64,000 nucleotides of DNA from Actinomycetota bacterium (GTDB lineage: Bacteria; Actinomycetota; Acidimicrobiia; Acidimicrobiales; RAAP-2): the NCBI GenBank assembly GCA_026393435.1, contig JAPLAD010000071.1, forward strand, positions 28,857 through 92,856, read 5' to 3'. Under the pieces are notes generated by a model that made no database searches, was not told the DNA's origin, and saw only the letters and a program-made list of their open reading frames with translations. The position numbers and the translations under genes were made by a program. The first letter of the stretch is position 1; every line of letters begins with the position of its first letter. Positions 1-9,357 of the stretch are shown piece after piece.

Positions 1-8
1 GACGATAT

Positions 9-1334
9 TCATGACCTTCCGATACTCCGAACGGTGGCTCCAGCGGCACGAGCCGCAACGAGGTCAATCACACTTCGAGCGTCGTAGATAGCCGGCTGGG
101 CCATCGTGGGCACTAGGTGGAGCCAATCGAGTGAATGGAACATGGCCCACTCGGTCAGAACTACCGCGGCATTGGCGCCGGCTAGAGCCTCTTCGAGGGT
201 GGCGCAGACTCCAAGATTGGCGATGTCCGCCGAGGAGTCGTCAATCGAGACCGTTGGATCAAAGGAGCGTAAGTGGGCCCCTGCGGCGAGCAGTAATTCG
301 GCTACTTGGAGTGCGGGCGAGTCTCGCCGATCACCGGTATTGGCCTTGAAAGTCAAGCCCAGAACGGCAATCGTCTTGCCAGAGAGAGAGCCTCCAACCA
401 TCGTCGCTACCTGAGAGACAATGTGGCGCTGTTGGGCCGCGTTGGACTCGATTGCCGCACGAACAACATCAAGCGAGAGTCCCGCGTCGGTGGCAATGGC
501 CACCAGTGCGGAGGTGTCCTTTGGGAGACATGAACCCCCCCAGCCCGGACCGGGATTTAAAAATGGAAAACCGATTCGATGGTCGCTCCCCATGCCCCGC
601 ACGAGGTCGTCGACGTCAGCGCCGAGTTGGTCACAGAGGCGCGACATCGTATTGATGAAAGACAGCTTGGTGGCCAGGAATGCGTTTGACGCATATTTGA
701 TGAGCTCGCTGGTCGTCGCATCCGTCACAACGACGGGGGCGCCAGTCGAGGCGAACAGTTCGGCCACATTCTTAGCCGCATCACGATCTGCGGCCCCCAC
801 CACAATACGGTCGGGCTTCAGGGAATCGCCCAGAGCGGTGCCCTCCCGAAGGAACTCGGGATTGGAAACGACTCGCACGCCGGGGCGATTAATAATCGAG
901 GTAACACGCTCCATGGTGCCAACGGGCACAGTGGACTTGTTCACGACAATTGCATCATCACGCAGCGCGTGAGCAATCTCATGCGCCACGGCGTCGACAA
1001 AGGAGAGGTCGGCACGACCATCGTCATCCATGGGGGTAGCGACACAGAGAAAAACGAACCTGGCTCCCGCAACAGCCTTGACCGCGTCATCGGTGACTTC
1101 GAGATGACCTGACTGCACCACCGCGGCCAGCACATCTTCTAGGCCCTCTTCCAAAATGGGAGAACGACCAGAACGAATCGATTCACGGCGAAATTCATCT
1201 CGTTCGGCAATGACCACGCTGTGGCCAAAATGGGCCAACATCACTGCCGTGGGGATTCCGACGTATCCGGCACCAATCACCGCGATGCGCTCGGGTTGAG
1301 ACACCGTTTGGTAGGTGGAATCGAGCAGGGACAT
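9..1334 (-). CDS. ugd: UDP-glucose 6-dehydrogenase
   Basis: N-terminal Rossmann IAVIGAGYVGIPTAVMLA and catalytic-Cys motif GWGGSCLPKD. I moved the start to MSLLDS (ATG at 1334); the ORF-track start at 1421 would overlap rmlD. Confidence 0.85.
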   Translation of the reverse strand: MSLLDSTYQTVSQPERIAVIGAGYVGIPTAVMLAHFGHSVVIAERDEFRRESIRSGRSPILEEGLEDVLAAVVQSGHLEVTDDAVKAVAGARFVFLCVATPMDDDGRADLSFVDAVAHEIAHALRDDAIVVNKSTVPVGTMERVTSIINRPGVRVVSNPEFLREGTALGDSLKPDRIVVGAADRDAAKNVAELFASTGAPVVVTDATTSELIKYASNAFLATKLSFINTMSRLCDQLGADVDDLVRGMGSDHRIGFPFLNPGPGWGGSCLPKDTSALVAIATDAGLSLDVVRAAIESNAAQQRHIVSQVATMVGGSLSGKTIAVLGLTFKANTGDRRDSPALQVAELLLAAGAHLRSFDPTVSIDDSSADIANLGVCATLEEALAGANAAVVLTEWAMFHSLDWLHLVPTMAQPAIYDARSVIDLVAARAAGATVRSIGRS

Positions 1335-1345
1335 GTAGGGAAACC

Positions 1346-2248
1346 TTAGTTCCGCGCTGCCGCGAAACGGGAAAGACCCGCGGTCCATTCGGGCATTGGT
1401 TCGAAACCCGCCGACTCCCACTTCTGTGTCGAGAGATCACTTCGTGGTGGGCGAGTTGCGGCGGGCGCTGGTGAAAGTTCGTCGGTCACAATTGGCCTGA
1501 CAAAACCCGCGGGGGCACCGAATTCACGTGCAGCGGTCTCGGCCACCGTAAACCACGAAGTCGTTCCCCTATTTGCAACGTGCCAGATGCCACCGAGTGG
1601 TCGGCGAGCAAACGAAGCGAGAGCCCGAGCGAGATCGGCCGCAAACGTGGGAGTACCCACCTGATCGGTCACGAAACGGACCGGTTCATTGCGAGCAACT
1701 CGATCCGCAATAACGTGCAACACATTGCGACCGCGCAGACCCATTACCCACGAAGTACGAACGATTGTGTCTTGTGGACGACAACGAAGTTCTCCAGCCA
1801 ACTTGGAGCGACCGTAGACGCCGCTGGGATTCGTAGCGTCAGACTCCACATACGTTGCACCCTTGCGCCCGTCATAGACGTAGTCCGTTGAGACGGCAAT
1901 CAGCCGTGCCCCAAACTCAAATGCGGCGTCCGAAAGATTGCCAGTGCCCACTTCGTTCACGGCAAAGCAGGTTGCGGCATCACTCTCTGCTTTGTCTACG
2001 GCGGTGTATGCCGCGAGGTGCACGATGATGTCCGGACGGACCATACCCACGGTGCGATGGACGGCTACTACATCGGTGACGTCAAGATCGTGATGAGTTA
2101 ATCCCATGACGCTGAAGTCATCCGGCGATATTGCCGACCCGTCAGGCTGAAAGGTAGGGTCACCGCCCGGTGGTATCCGACCCGCCAAAACGTCGAGCAG
2201 ATCTTGCCCTACCTGACCCGCCGCTCCGGTAACGAGAACCTTGATCAC
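1346..2248 (-). CDS. rmlD: dTDP-4-dehydrorhamnose reductase
   Basis: VLVTGAAGQVGQDL Rossmann motif and STDYVYDG motif. GTG start overlaps the birA stop (GTGA). Confidence 0.8.
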   Translation of the reverse strand: MIKVLVTGAAGQVGQDLLDVLAGRIPPGGDPTFQPDGSAISPDDFSVMGLTHHDLDVTDVVAVHRTVGMVRPDIIVHLAAYTAVDKAESDAATCFAVNEVGTGNLSDAAFEFGARLIAVSTDYVYDGRKGATYVESDATNPSGVYGRSKLAGELRCRPQDTIVRTSWVMGLRGRNVLHVIADRVARNEPVRFVTDQVGTPTFAADLARALASFARRPLGGIWHVANRGTTSWFTVAETAAREFGAPAGFVRPIVTDELSPAPAATRPPRSDLSTQKWESAGFEPMPEWTAGLSRFAAARN

Positions 2249-2985
2249 AGCGTCTCAGCCGCTCGTAGGTGCACGATGTCGCCGTACCGTACCGCTACGA
2301 CGCCGTCGGGGGTTGCCACCATCAGCGTGCCGTCACGCTCAAGCGCAATGGCGGTACCCGTGAGCGAGTCTTGGGCCCGCTCAACGCGAATCATTTGACC
2401 CAATGTCGCGAGTGCGTGCACTAACTCGTCGTGCAATTCGACTCGCCCACTCTCGGAGTCAAGCAGCGATCGACGACGTCCTATCTCACCGAGCGTGATG
2501 TCGAGCATGGCTCGAGGTTCGATCGAAACACCCATCTCATCCAACACGCAGGTACCACCGACCCCCTCGGGTCCGGGCCACTGGAGATTCACGCCAATAC
2601 CTACGACGTACCCCTCACCATCTCCGACGACCTCACTGAGCAGTCCACCGAGTTTGCGTTTACCAACGACTAAATCATTGGGCCACTTCAATTCGGGCTG
2701 GAGCCCACAGAGGCGAGTGAGGGCAGTCCGGGCCGAAAGGGCCACCGCGGCCGACACTAAGAATCGCTGCTCCGGTGGCACTGTGGGACGCAGCAGGATG
2801 GACGCCAGGAGCGAAACACCTCGTGGGGCCTCCCAGGAGCGGTCCAGCCTTCCTCGGCCGGCCGATTGAAAATCTGCCCGCGCGACGGCCCCTTCGGGCG
2901 CGCCAGATTGGGCTTCTTGGGCAAGATAGGTATTTGTTGAGTCGATTTCGGCAAATTCACGAATGTGCCAGAGAATGGAATCCAT
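2245..2985 (-). CDS. birA: biotin--[acetyl-CoA-carboxylase] ligase, no N-terminal HTH domain
   Basis: GRGRLDRSWEAP (GRGRxGRxW) and KWPNDL motifs. At 246 aa it has the catalytic and C-terminal domains only. Confidence 0.85.
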   Translation of the reverse strand: MDSILWHIREFAEIDSTNTYLAQEAQSGAPEGAVARADFQSAGRGRLDRSWEAPRGVSLLASILLRPTVPPEQRFLVSAAVALSARTALTRLCGLQPELKWPNDLVVGKRKLGGLLSEVVGDGEGYVVGIGVNLQWPGPEGVGGTCVLDEMGVSIEPRAMLDITLGEIGRRRSLLDSESGRVELHDELVHALATLGQMIRVERAQDSLTGTAIALERDGTLMVATPDGVVAVRYGDIVHLRAAETL

Positions 2986-3001
2986 AGACCAAACCTTAGA
3001 G

Positions 3002-3021
3002 TTTTACTGCCAGTGGTAAAA
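3002..3021. promoter_or_regulatory. inverted repeat TTTTAC-N8-GTAAAA in the AT-rich birA/accA divergent promoter region
   Basis: Read directly: TTTTAC at 3002-3007, 8-nt spacer, GTAAAA at 3016-3021, followed by a TATAGG -10-like box. Function unknown. Confidence 0.2.
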
Positions 3022-3050
3022 ATATAGGTCTAAGTAGGCGAGGAGAACTG

Positions 3051-4799
3051 GTGCTAAAGAAGGTCTTGATTGCCAATCGCGGAGAAATTGCTGTCCGCGT
3101 CATTCGTACGTGTCGTGAAATGGGTATCGCCACCGTGGCGGTATACAGCGAACTCGACCGAGAAGCGATGCACGTCCGCCTCGCCGATGAGGCCTACGCC
3201 CTTGGTGGTCAGACGGCTGCCGAGAGTTATCTCAACACCGAGGCCATCCTCGATGTCATTGAGCGCTCCGGTGCTGATGCCGTTCACCCCGGCTACGGCT
3301 TCTTTTCAGAAAACACCGACTTTGCGCGCGCAATCACCGCACGTGGCGTGACCTTCATAGGACCACCACCCGAAGCGATCGAAGTCATGGGCGACAAGAT
3401 TTCCTCACGTATTGCCGCACAGGCCGCCGGAGTCTCTGGCGTACCAGGTCGCAACGAGACGTTGACCAGTGGCGAGGAAGTGATCGCCTTTGGTAACGAG
3501 TTCGGTTGGCCCGTAGCTATTAAGGCTGCGTATGGCGGTGGTGGTCGTGGCATGAAGGTCGTCCACTCGGCCGACCAAGCTGCCGAATTGCTCGAGAGTG
3601 CCAAACGTGAAGCCCTGAGCTACTTCGGGCGAGACGAGTGTTACGTCGAGCGCTACCTCACGTGGCCCCGCCACGTTGAGATGCAAGTGCTCGCTGATAC
3701 ACACGGCAACGTGCTGTGGCTTGGTGAGCGCGACTGCTCCGCCCAGCGCCGTCACCAGAAGTTGATTGAGGAGTCTCCGGCGCCAAACTTCCCTGACGAT
3801 GTTCGTCGGGCCATGGGCGAGGCCGCCGTCAAGGTTTCCCGTGCCTGCGGTTACGTGAATGCCGGAACTGTCGAATTTCTCTTCCAGGATGGTGAGTTCT
3901 ATTTCCTCGAAATGAACACTCGCCTCCAGGTGGAGCACCCCGTGACTGAACTCGTCACCGGTCTCGACCTCGTCGAGTGGCAACTGCGCATCGCCGCCGG
4001 CGAAGCGATTCCTTTCGGTCAAGAAGACATTGAACGCCGGGGTCACGCCATTGAAGTTCGCATCAACGCCGAGGACCCCACCGGTGGACGGTTCACCCCC
4101 TCCCCCGGCACAATCACTCGTTTTAGCGAGCCCAGCGGCCCCGGTGTTCGTCTCGATGCCGGCTACGCCCAGGGCGACACCATCAGTCAGTACTACGACA
4201 ACCTCGTCGGCAAGCTCATTGTCTGGGGCCCCGACCGTGACCGCGCCCGCCGACGCTTACTGCGAGCCATCGAAGAAACCGTCATCGAGGGCATCGCAAC
4301 GACATTGCCGGCCGACGTGGCGATTTTGGAGCACCCCGACTTCGTCGAGGGTATTCACTCCACCAAGTGGGTTGAAGAGATCTTGGACCTTTCGGGCATC
4401 GTGGCCACTCCTAGTGCTGTCGGCGACGAAGGTGAGGCACTTGTGCGTCGCTCGGTAACGGCCGAAGTAGGCGGACGCCGTATCAACGTCAATCTGTGGC
4501 TGCCCGAAGTAGTGGGCACGGCAGCCCCTGCGGCTGCCAAGGCTTCACCTCGTCGCGGTGGTGGCGCCAGCGTGACCGGAGCAGGATCGGGTGCCGTGGT
4601 TGTTCCGATGCAAGGAACAATCGTCAAGGTTTCCGTAGCCGTAGGTGACACCGTCGAAGCGGGCCAGACCGTCGTCATTCTCGAAGCCATGAAGATGGAA
4701 AATGCCGTGAACGCTGACAAGGCCGGCGTCGTCAAAGAGGTCAAAGTGGCGGCCGGTGACGGCGTGTCCGCTGGTGACGTCGTCGTGGTTATTGAATGA
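3051..4799 (+). CDS. accA: acetyl/propionyl-CoA carboxylase alpha subunit (biotin carboxylase + BCCP)
   Basis: ATP-grasp biotin carboxylase homology along the full length and a C-terminal biotinyl motif EAMKME. GTG start preceded by GAGGAG. Confidence 0.9.
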   Translation: MLKKVLIANRGEIAVRVIRTCREMGIATVAVYSELDREAMHVRLADEAYALGGQTAAESYLNTEAILDVIERSGADAVHPGYGFFSENTDFARAITARGVTFIGPPPEAIEVMGDKISSRIAAQAAGVSGVPGRNETLTSGEEVIAFGNEFGWPVAIKAAYGGGGRGMKVVHSADQAAELLESAKREALSYFGRDECYVERYLTWPRHVEMQVLADTHGNVLWLGERDCSAQRRHQKLIEESPAPNFPDDVRRAMGEAAVKVSRACGYVNAGTVEFLFQDGEFYFLEMNTRLQVEHPVTELVTGLDLVEWQLRIAAGEAIPFGQEDIERRGHAIEVRINAEDPTGGRFTPSPGTITRFSEPSGPGVRLDAGYAQGDTISQYYDNLVGKLIVWGPDRDRARRRLLRAIEETVIEGIATTLPADVAILEHPDFVEGIHSTKWVEEILDLSGIVATPSAVGDEGEALVRRSVTAEVGGRRINVNLWLPEVVGTAAPAAAKASPRRGGGASVTGAGSGAVVVPMQGTIVKVSVAVGDTVEAGQTVVILEAMKMENAVNADKAGVVKEVKVAAGDGVSAGDVVVVIE

Positions 4800-5959
4800 G
4801 TCTCCACGATCGGATTCAGGGCTCAGTTGCTGCGGTGCGGGACCAACTCTTGGCGCTGAGTCACGATATCCACGCTCGCCCCGAAATTGGGTACGAGGAA
4901 TTTCACGCCGCGGAAGTAACAACAGCACTGCTCGCCAGTCAGGGCTTCGTTATCGAACGGCCCATTGCGGGACTCGAAACTGCCTTTCGAGCTACCAAGG
5001 GCTCGGGCGCACTCCGCATCTCGCTCTGCGCTGAGTACGACGCGCTGCCTGACGTTGGTCACGCCTGCGGTCACAACATCATCGCCTCCTCTTCCGTTGG
5101 GGCGGCGCTGGCATTGGGTGAATTAGCGGATGAAATAGACGCCACGATTGTGGTCTTTGGCACGCCAAGCGAAGAAGGTGGCGGTGGAAAAGTTGACATC
5201 ATTAACGCCGGGCTCTTTGACGATATCCACCTCTCGATGATGGTCCACCCCTGGCCCACCGAACGACTCGAAGCACAGTGCCTCGCCGTCGTAGGTTTCG
5301 AGCTGACCCTCCTCGGCAAGGAGGCTCACGCCTCGGCTGCTCCGTGGGAGGGTCGCAATACCGTTGACGCCCTGACCTTGGCTCAAGTGGCAATCGGACT
5401 CCTACGGCAACAACTCCGCCCCGGCGACCAGGTGCATCACATGGTCAAGACCGGAGGCTCATTTGCCAACATCATCCCCGCCAAGTCGGTGGCCCAGTTC
5501 ATGTGTCGCTCCATCAATATTGAACGACTGAACGAGCTGCGTACAAGAGTGGATAAGTGCTTCCAAGCAGCCACCTTGGCTACCGACACCAGTTACGAAA
5601 TCGAAGTTCTCGGCCACGAGTTCACGCACATGGTTTCCGACGGGGACATCCTCAAGCACTACCGCAGTAATGCGGAGCGCTTTGGGCGTACGTTCGAACT
5701 CGATGACGAGGGCATTACGAAGCCAACGATCTCTACCGATATGGCCAATGTCTCCCTGGTGACCCCATCGATTCACCCTCTCATCAAGATTGAGACCAAC
5801 GGAGCAACAAACCACCAGCCCGAGTTCACCGCATCGTGCATCACGGCCTCGGCCGACCAAGCCGTTCTCGAAGGGGCCATGATTCTGGCCATGACGGCAG
5901 TCGACACTGCGCTCGATGGCCCACTACGTACCCGACTCCTCGAAAGGATCGCTCGATGA
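4796..5959 (+). CDS. M20-family amidohydrolase/peptidase
   Basis: HACGHN metal-binding motif and M20D-like architecture. ATG overlaps the accA stop (ATGA). Confidence 0.8.
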   Translation: MSLHDRIQGSVAAVRDQLLALSHDIHARPEIGYEEFHAAEVTTALLASQGFVIERPIAGLETAFRATKGSGALRISLCAEYDALPDVGHACGHNIIASSSVGAALALGELADEIDATIVVFGTPSEEGGGGKVDIINAGLFDDIHLSMMVHPWPTERLEAQCLAVVGFELTLLGKEAHASAAPWEGRNTVDALTLAQVAIGLLRQQLRPGDQVHHMVKTGGSFANIIPAKSVAQFMCRSINIERLNELRTRVDKCFQAATLATDTSYEIEVLGHEFTHMVSDGDILKHYRSNAERFGRTFELDDEGITKPTISTDMANVSLVTPSIHPLIKIETNGATNHQPEFTASCITASADQAVLEGAMILAMTAVDTALDGPLRTRLLERIAR

Positions 5960-6249
5960 TTCTCGAACACGCATGGCTCACCGTTATCGAGGGCCGCGAA
6001 GCCGAATTTGAATCGGCGATGGCTAAAGCCTTCGCCATCATCGAATCAGCGCCTGGATGCCACGGTGCCGAAGTGCGCCGTGTGGTCGAGAGTCTCAATT
6101 ACGTCTTGATTGTGAAGTGGGACAGCGTCAAGGCACACATGGAGGGATTCCGTACTTCGCCTCTCTTTGAAGAGTGGCGTGCCGCAACGCATCACTTCTA
6201 CTCAGAAAAGCCGTACGTTATTCACTACAGCGAGCCAATCGCCCGCTAG
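5956..6249 (+). CDS. antibiotic-biosynthesis-monooxygenase (ABM) domain protein
   Basis: About 97 aa, with an ABM-like ferredoxin-fold sequence ([19 protein letters not shown]...[14 protein letters not shown]). Start moved to the ATG overlapping the upstream stop. Confidence 0.6.
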   Translation: MILEHAWLTVIEGREAEFESAMAKAFAIIESAPGCHGAEVRRVVESLNYVLIVKWDSVKAHMEGFRTSPLFEEWRAATHHFYSEKPYVIHYSEPIAR

Positions 6250-7780
6250 TTCCGCTCGAACCGCGGGCCGCTGTCGCCAGTTCGTCCAACGCGGCCGTCA
6301 CGGCTGCGTTGTCACGGCGGAGTTTGAGTTCACGCACTCGCTTCTCCTGAGCGCGCTGCTGCTCCACGTCAACTGGGAAGACATCGTTCTTCTGGTTCGT
6401 GGTTTCGTTGAACTTGTTAACACCAACCACCACCTTCTCACCCCGATCAACGGCTCGAGCAAAGTCGTAGGCCGCGGTTTCGATTTCGTCCTGCATGAAG
6501 CGGGCTTCGATAGCGGCTACTGCGCCACCCATCTCGTCAATTCGCTTGATGTAGTCAGTGGCGAGTTCTTCAATCTCGTCGGTGAGGGACTCAACGAAGT
6601 ATGAGCCGGCGAGGGGGTCAGCCGTATCGGCGATACCTGACTCGTAGCCAACGATTTGCTGGGTTCGCAGTGCCAACTTGGCGGCCTGTTCGGTTGGCAG
6701 ACCGAGGGCCTCGTCAAATCCATTGGTGTGCAGACTCTGAGTGCCGCCGAGGGCAGCCGCGAGGGCCTGCAGCGTAACGCGCACCACGTTGTTCTGGGGC
6801 TGCTGGGCCGTCAGGGTCGATCCACCGGTTTGGGTGTGGAATCGAAGCATGGCCGACTTAGGGTCCTGCGACTTAAAGCGTTCTGTCATGATGCGCGCCC
6901 ACAAGCGACGAGCGGCTCGGTACTTGGCAATCTCTTCAAAGAAGTTGTTGTGGGCATTGAAGAAGAAGGAGAGACGTGGCGCAAAGTCATCGAGCTTAAG
7001 TCCGGCCGCGAGCGCCGCTTCAACGTATGCGATGCCGTTCGCGAGCGTGAAGGCCACTTCTTGGGCGGCCGTCGATCCCGCTTCTCGAATGTGGTAACCG
7101 GAGATTGAAATCGTGTTCCAGTTCGGAATCTCCTTGGCGCAGTAGGCGAAGGTGTCAACGATGAGGCGCATGGAAGGCCGCGGTGGGTAGATGTACGTTC
7201 CGCGAGCAACGTACTCCTTCAAGATGTCGTTTTGAATTGTTCCGCGGAGCTTGTCGCCAGAGACACCCTGCTCTTCACCGACGAGCTGGTACATCAACAG
7301 GAGCGATGAAGCAGTGGAGTTAATCGTCATCGAGGTTGTCACTTCGTCGAGTGGTAATCCGCTCAGCAGGAGACGCATGTCTTCGAGTGACGAGATGGCG
7401 ACGCCAACTTTGCCCACTTCGCCTTCAGCTCGAACATGATCCGAGTCAAAACCCATCTGGGTCGGCAAGTCAAGGGCACACGAGAGTCCGGTCTGGCCGG
7501 CTCCGAGGAGAAATTTGAACCTTTCGTTGGTGGCTTCGGCCGTTCCGAAACCGGCGTACTGGCGCATCGTCCAGAGTCGACCGCGGTACATCGTCGGCTG
7601 CACCCCGCGGGTGTAGGGGTACGTACCGGGCGTGCCCAGGTCACTCTCTGGGGCGAAGCCCTCGAGGTCTTCGGGGCCGTAGACCGGCTTAATCTCGATA
7701 CCTGAATCCGTAAATCGTCCATTTGCGCTTGTCACAACTACCAAGGTTAGAGGTTTGCGCCGAACTTGACGATTCGACAT
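6218..7780 (-). CDS. acyl-CoA (methylmalonyl/isobutyryl-CoA type) mutase large subunit, substrate-binding barrel only
   Basis: [22 protein letters not shown] and [12 protein letters not shown] mutase motifs. At 520 aa it has no C-terminal DxHxxG B12-binding domain. Confidence 0.85.
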   Translation of the reverse strand: MSNRQVRRKPLTLVVVTSANGRFTDSGIEIKPVYGPEDLEGFAPESDLGTPGTYPYTRGVQPTMYRGRLWTMRQYAGFGTAEATNERFKFLLGAGQTGLSCALDLPTQMGFDSDHVRAEGEVGKVGVAISSLEDMRLLLSGLPLDEVTTSMTINSTASSLLLMYQLVGEEQGVSGDKLRGTIQNDILKEYVARGTYIYPPRPSMRLIVDTFAYCAKEIPNWNTISISGYHIREAGSTAAQEVAFTLANGIAYVEAALAAGLKLDDFAPRLSFFFNAHNNFFEEIAKYRAARRLWARIMTERFKSQDPKSAMLRFHTQTGGSTLTAQQPQNNVVRVTLQALAAALGGTQSLHTNGFDEALGLPTEQAAKLALRTQQIVGYESGIADTADPLAGSYFVESLTDEIEELATDYIKRIDEMGGAVAAIEARFMQDEIETAAYDFARAVDRGEKVVVGVNKFNETTNQKNDVFPVDVEQQRAQEKRVRELKLRRDNAAVTAALDELATAARGSSGTSGRLARCSE

Positions 7781-7794
7781 GGCACGATGTCTGG

Positions 7795-8835
7795 GTGAGT
7801 TCGACTACCCCACGGGTCCTAATGGTGCTACCCAATGACGGTACGGGTGGTATGCAGGCTCAGGTCCGCCTCATCAGCGAGGCTCTGGCCAGTTCCGGTA
7901 GTCAAGTCAGCGTTCTGATTGGCGGAGGCACCACCAAGGAATCCGTGGGAGGAGTGGCCTATCTTGTCGCCCCTCCGCTTCTCAAATGGTTCGGGATTCC
8001 CTTTCTCTATGCACTTCGTCGCCATGCTCGACTACTGCGAGCCGATGTAGTTCACGGCCACGGGCTACGCACGGGCCCCTTCGTGGCTCTCGCTCGTCGT
8101 CGGGCCAAGCGGTTCGTGACCTGCCACGGAATCGACCCGACGGCCGTTCCTAAGGGTCTTCTGCGACTTCTACGTCTCCTACCCGTCAAAGTTTTAGCCT
8201 GCGGCCCTGGACCGCAATCAGTTCTGCAGACCTTCGGCTTCACTGTTGGGCTCTTGGAAAACGCCACCCCGCCCGAATGGACTCCAAGGACTCGTTCAGA
8301 GTTCAATGAGCGGTTTGGCACAACCGACGACGACTTTGTTGCCTTGTGGCCGGCTCGGTTCTCGGCACAAAAAGATCATGGTTCACTACTCGCATTCGCT
8401 CAATGCCTACGCGATACGAACGTGGTGATGGTCTGCTGTGGCGATGGACCACTGCGAGCGCAATTTGAGTCGCGGATCATCGCTCTCGGACTCGAACGCA
8501 ACTTTCGAACGGTGGACTTTGTAAGTGACGCCGCAGCCTGGTTACCCGCAACCGATTACTTCCTTTTGCCTTCCAAATGGGAGGGACAACCGCTCGTTCT
8601 CCTTGAAGCCATGCGCGCCGGCATCCCTGCGGTGACCTGGACCACAATCGGTGCTGAACTGCTCCCCCTGTCGTCACACGTTGCGTCGCCAGAGGAAGGG
8701 GCAGCACGCGTTCTTTCGTGGATGAATGCACCGAAATCTGCGAACGTCGAGATAGAAACGCAGCGAACGATTGCCGCCGGGCATGCACTCAGTATCGCAA
8801 TTTCCTGGTATCAATCGCTTTACTATTCCTACTGA
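7795..8835 (+). CDS. GT4-family glycosyltransferase
   Basis: N-terminal [14 protein letters not shown] and C-terminal [18 protein letters not shown] (E-x7-E). Start is uncertain: GTG 7795 or ATG 7822. Confidence 0.7.
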   Translation: MSSTTPRVLMVLPNDGTGGMQAQVRLISEALASSGSQVSVLIGGGTTKESVGGVAYLVAPPLLKWFGIPFLYALRRHARLLRADVVHGHGLRTGPFVALARRRAKRFVTCHGIDPTAVPKGLLRLLRLLPVKVLACGPGPQSVLQTFGFTVGLLENATPPEWTPRTRSEFNERFGTTDDDFVALWPARFSAQKDHGSLLAFAQCLRDTNVVMVCCGDGPLRAQFESRIIALGLERNFRTVDFVSDAAAWLPATDYFLLPSKWEGQPLVLLEAMRAGIPAVTWTTIGAELLPLSSHVASPEEGAARVLSWMNAPKSANVEIETQRTIAAGHALSIAISWYQSLYYSY

Positions 8836-8853
8836 ACAGACCAAGGAGCACCA

Positions 8854-9357
8854 ATGTTTTGTACCGAGTGTGGAACGCAGTATGACGGTCAGCAGTGTGG
8901 CGCCTGTACTAGCGCCTCGAGCCAACTGGAATTGGCTGGCTGGTGGAAGCGAGTCGGGGCATCGCTCGTGGACTTTCTCGTTCTTGTGCCGCTGCTGCTC
9001 GTTGTGGGTGTGGCCCTAGTCGACGCTCAACCCATTATCGCCACTCTCGTTGGCTTTGCTATTCAGTTCGCGTACCTATCGCTCATGTGGACAAAGCGCC
9101 ACGGGCAAACCGTCGGCGCCAAGGCACTCAGAATTCGCGTCGTCGCTGCCGACGGCAGCCCCATGACACCCGAGATGGCCTACCGGCGCGCCGCGGTCCT
9201 CCAGCTCCTCAATGTTGGTTCCTCCATGACCTGGGTCTTGCGACCACTAGGTCAGGTAGCATTCTTGCTCAACGTCCTCTGGCCCCTCTGGGACCCGCAG
9301 AAGCAGACTCTGCACGACAAGGCTGCTGGCACCATTGTGGTAACCGCGAAGGACTAA
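8854..9357 (+). CDS. RDD-family membrane protein with N-terminal zinc ribbon
   Basis: MFCTECG...CGAC zinc ribbon, followed by an RDD-like region (WWKRVGASLVDF) and TM segments. Confidence 0.7.
   Translation: MFCTECGTQYDGQQCGACTSASSQLELAGWWKRVGASLVDFLVLVPLLLVVGVALVDAQPIIATLVGFAIQFAYLSLMWTKRHGQTVGAKALRIRVVAADGSPMTPEMAYRRAAVLQLLNVGSSMTWVLRPLGQVAFLLNVLWPLWDPQKQTLHDKAAGTIVVTAKD

Noticed and set aside
1398-1409. GGTTCGAAACCC, a tRNA T-loop-like string
   Set aside because: It lies inside the rmlD coding region, and no acceptor, D or anticodon stems can be built around it. I found no tRNA or rRNA genes in the window.
3405-4046. 213-aa ORF on the - strand (and many similar 60-200-aa ORFs in the track)
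   Set aside because: It is embedded antisense or out of frame within accA. The same reasoning applies to the other short overlapping ORFs throughout the track.
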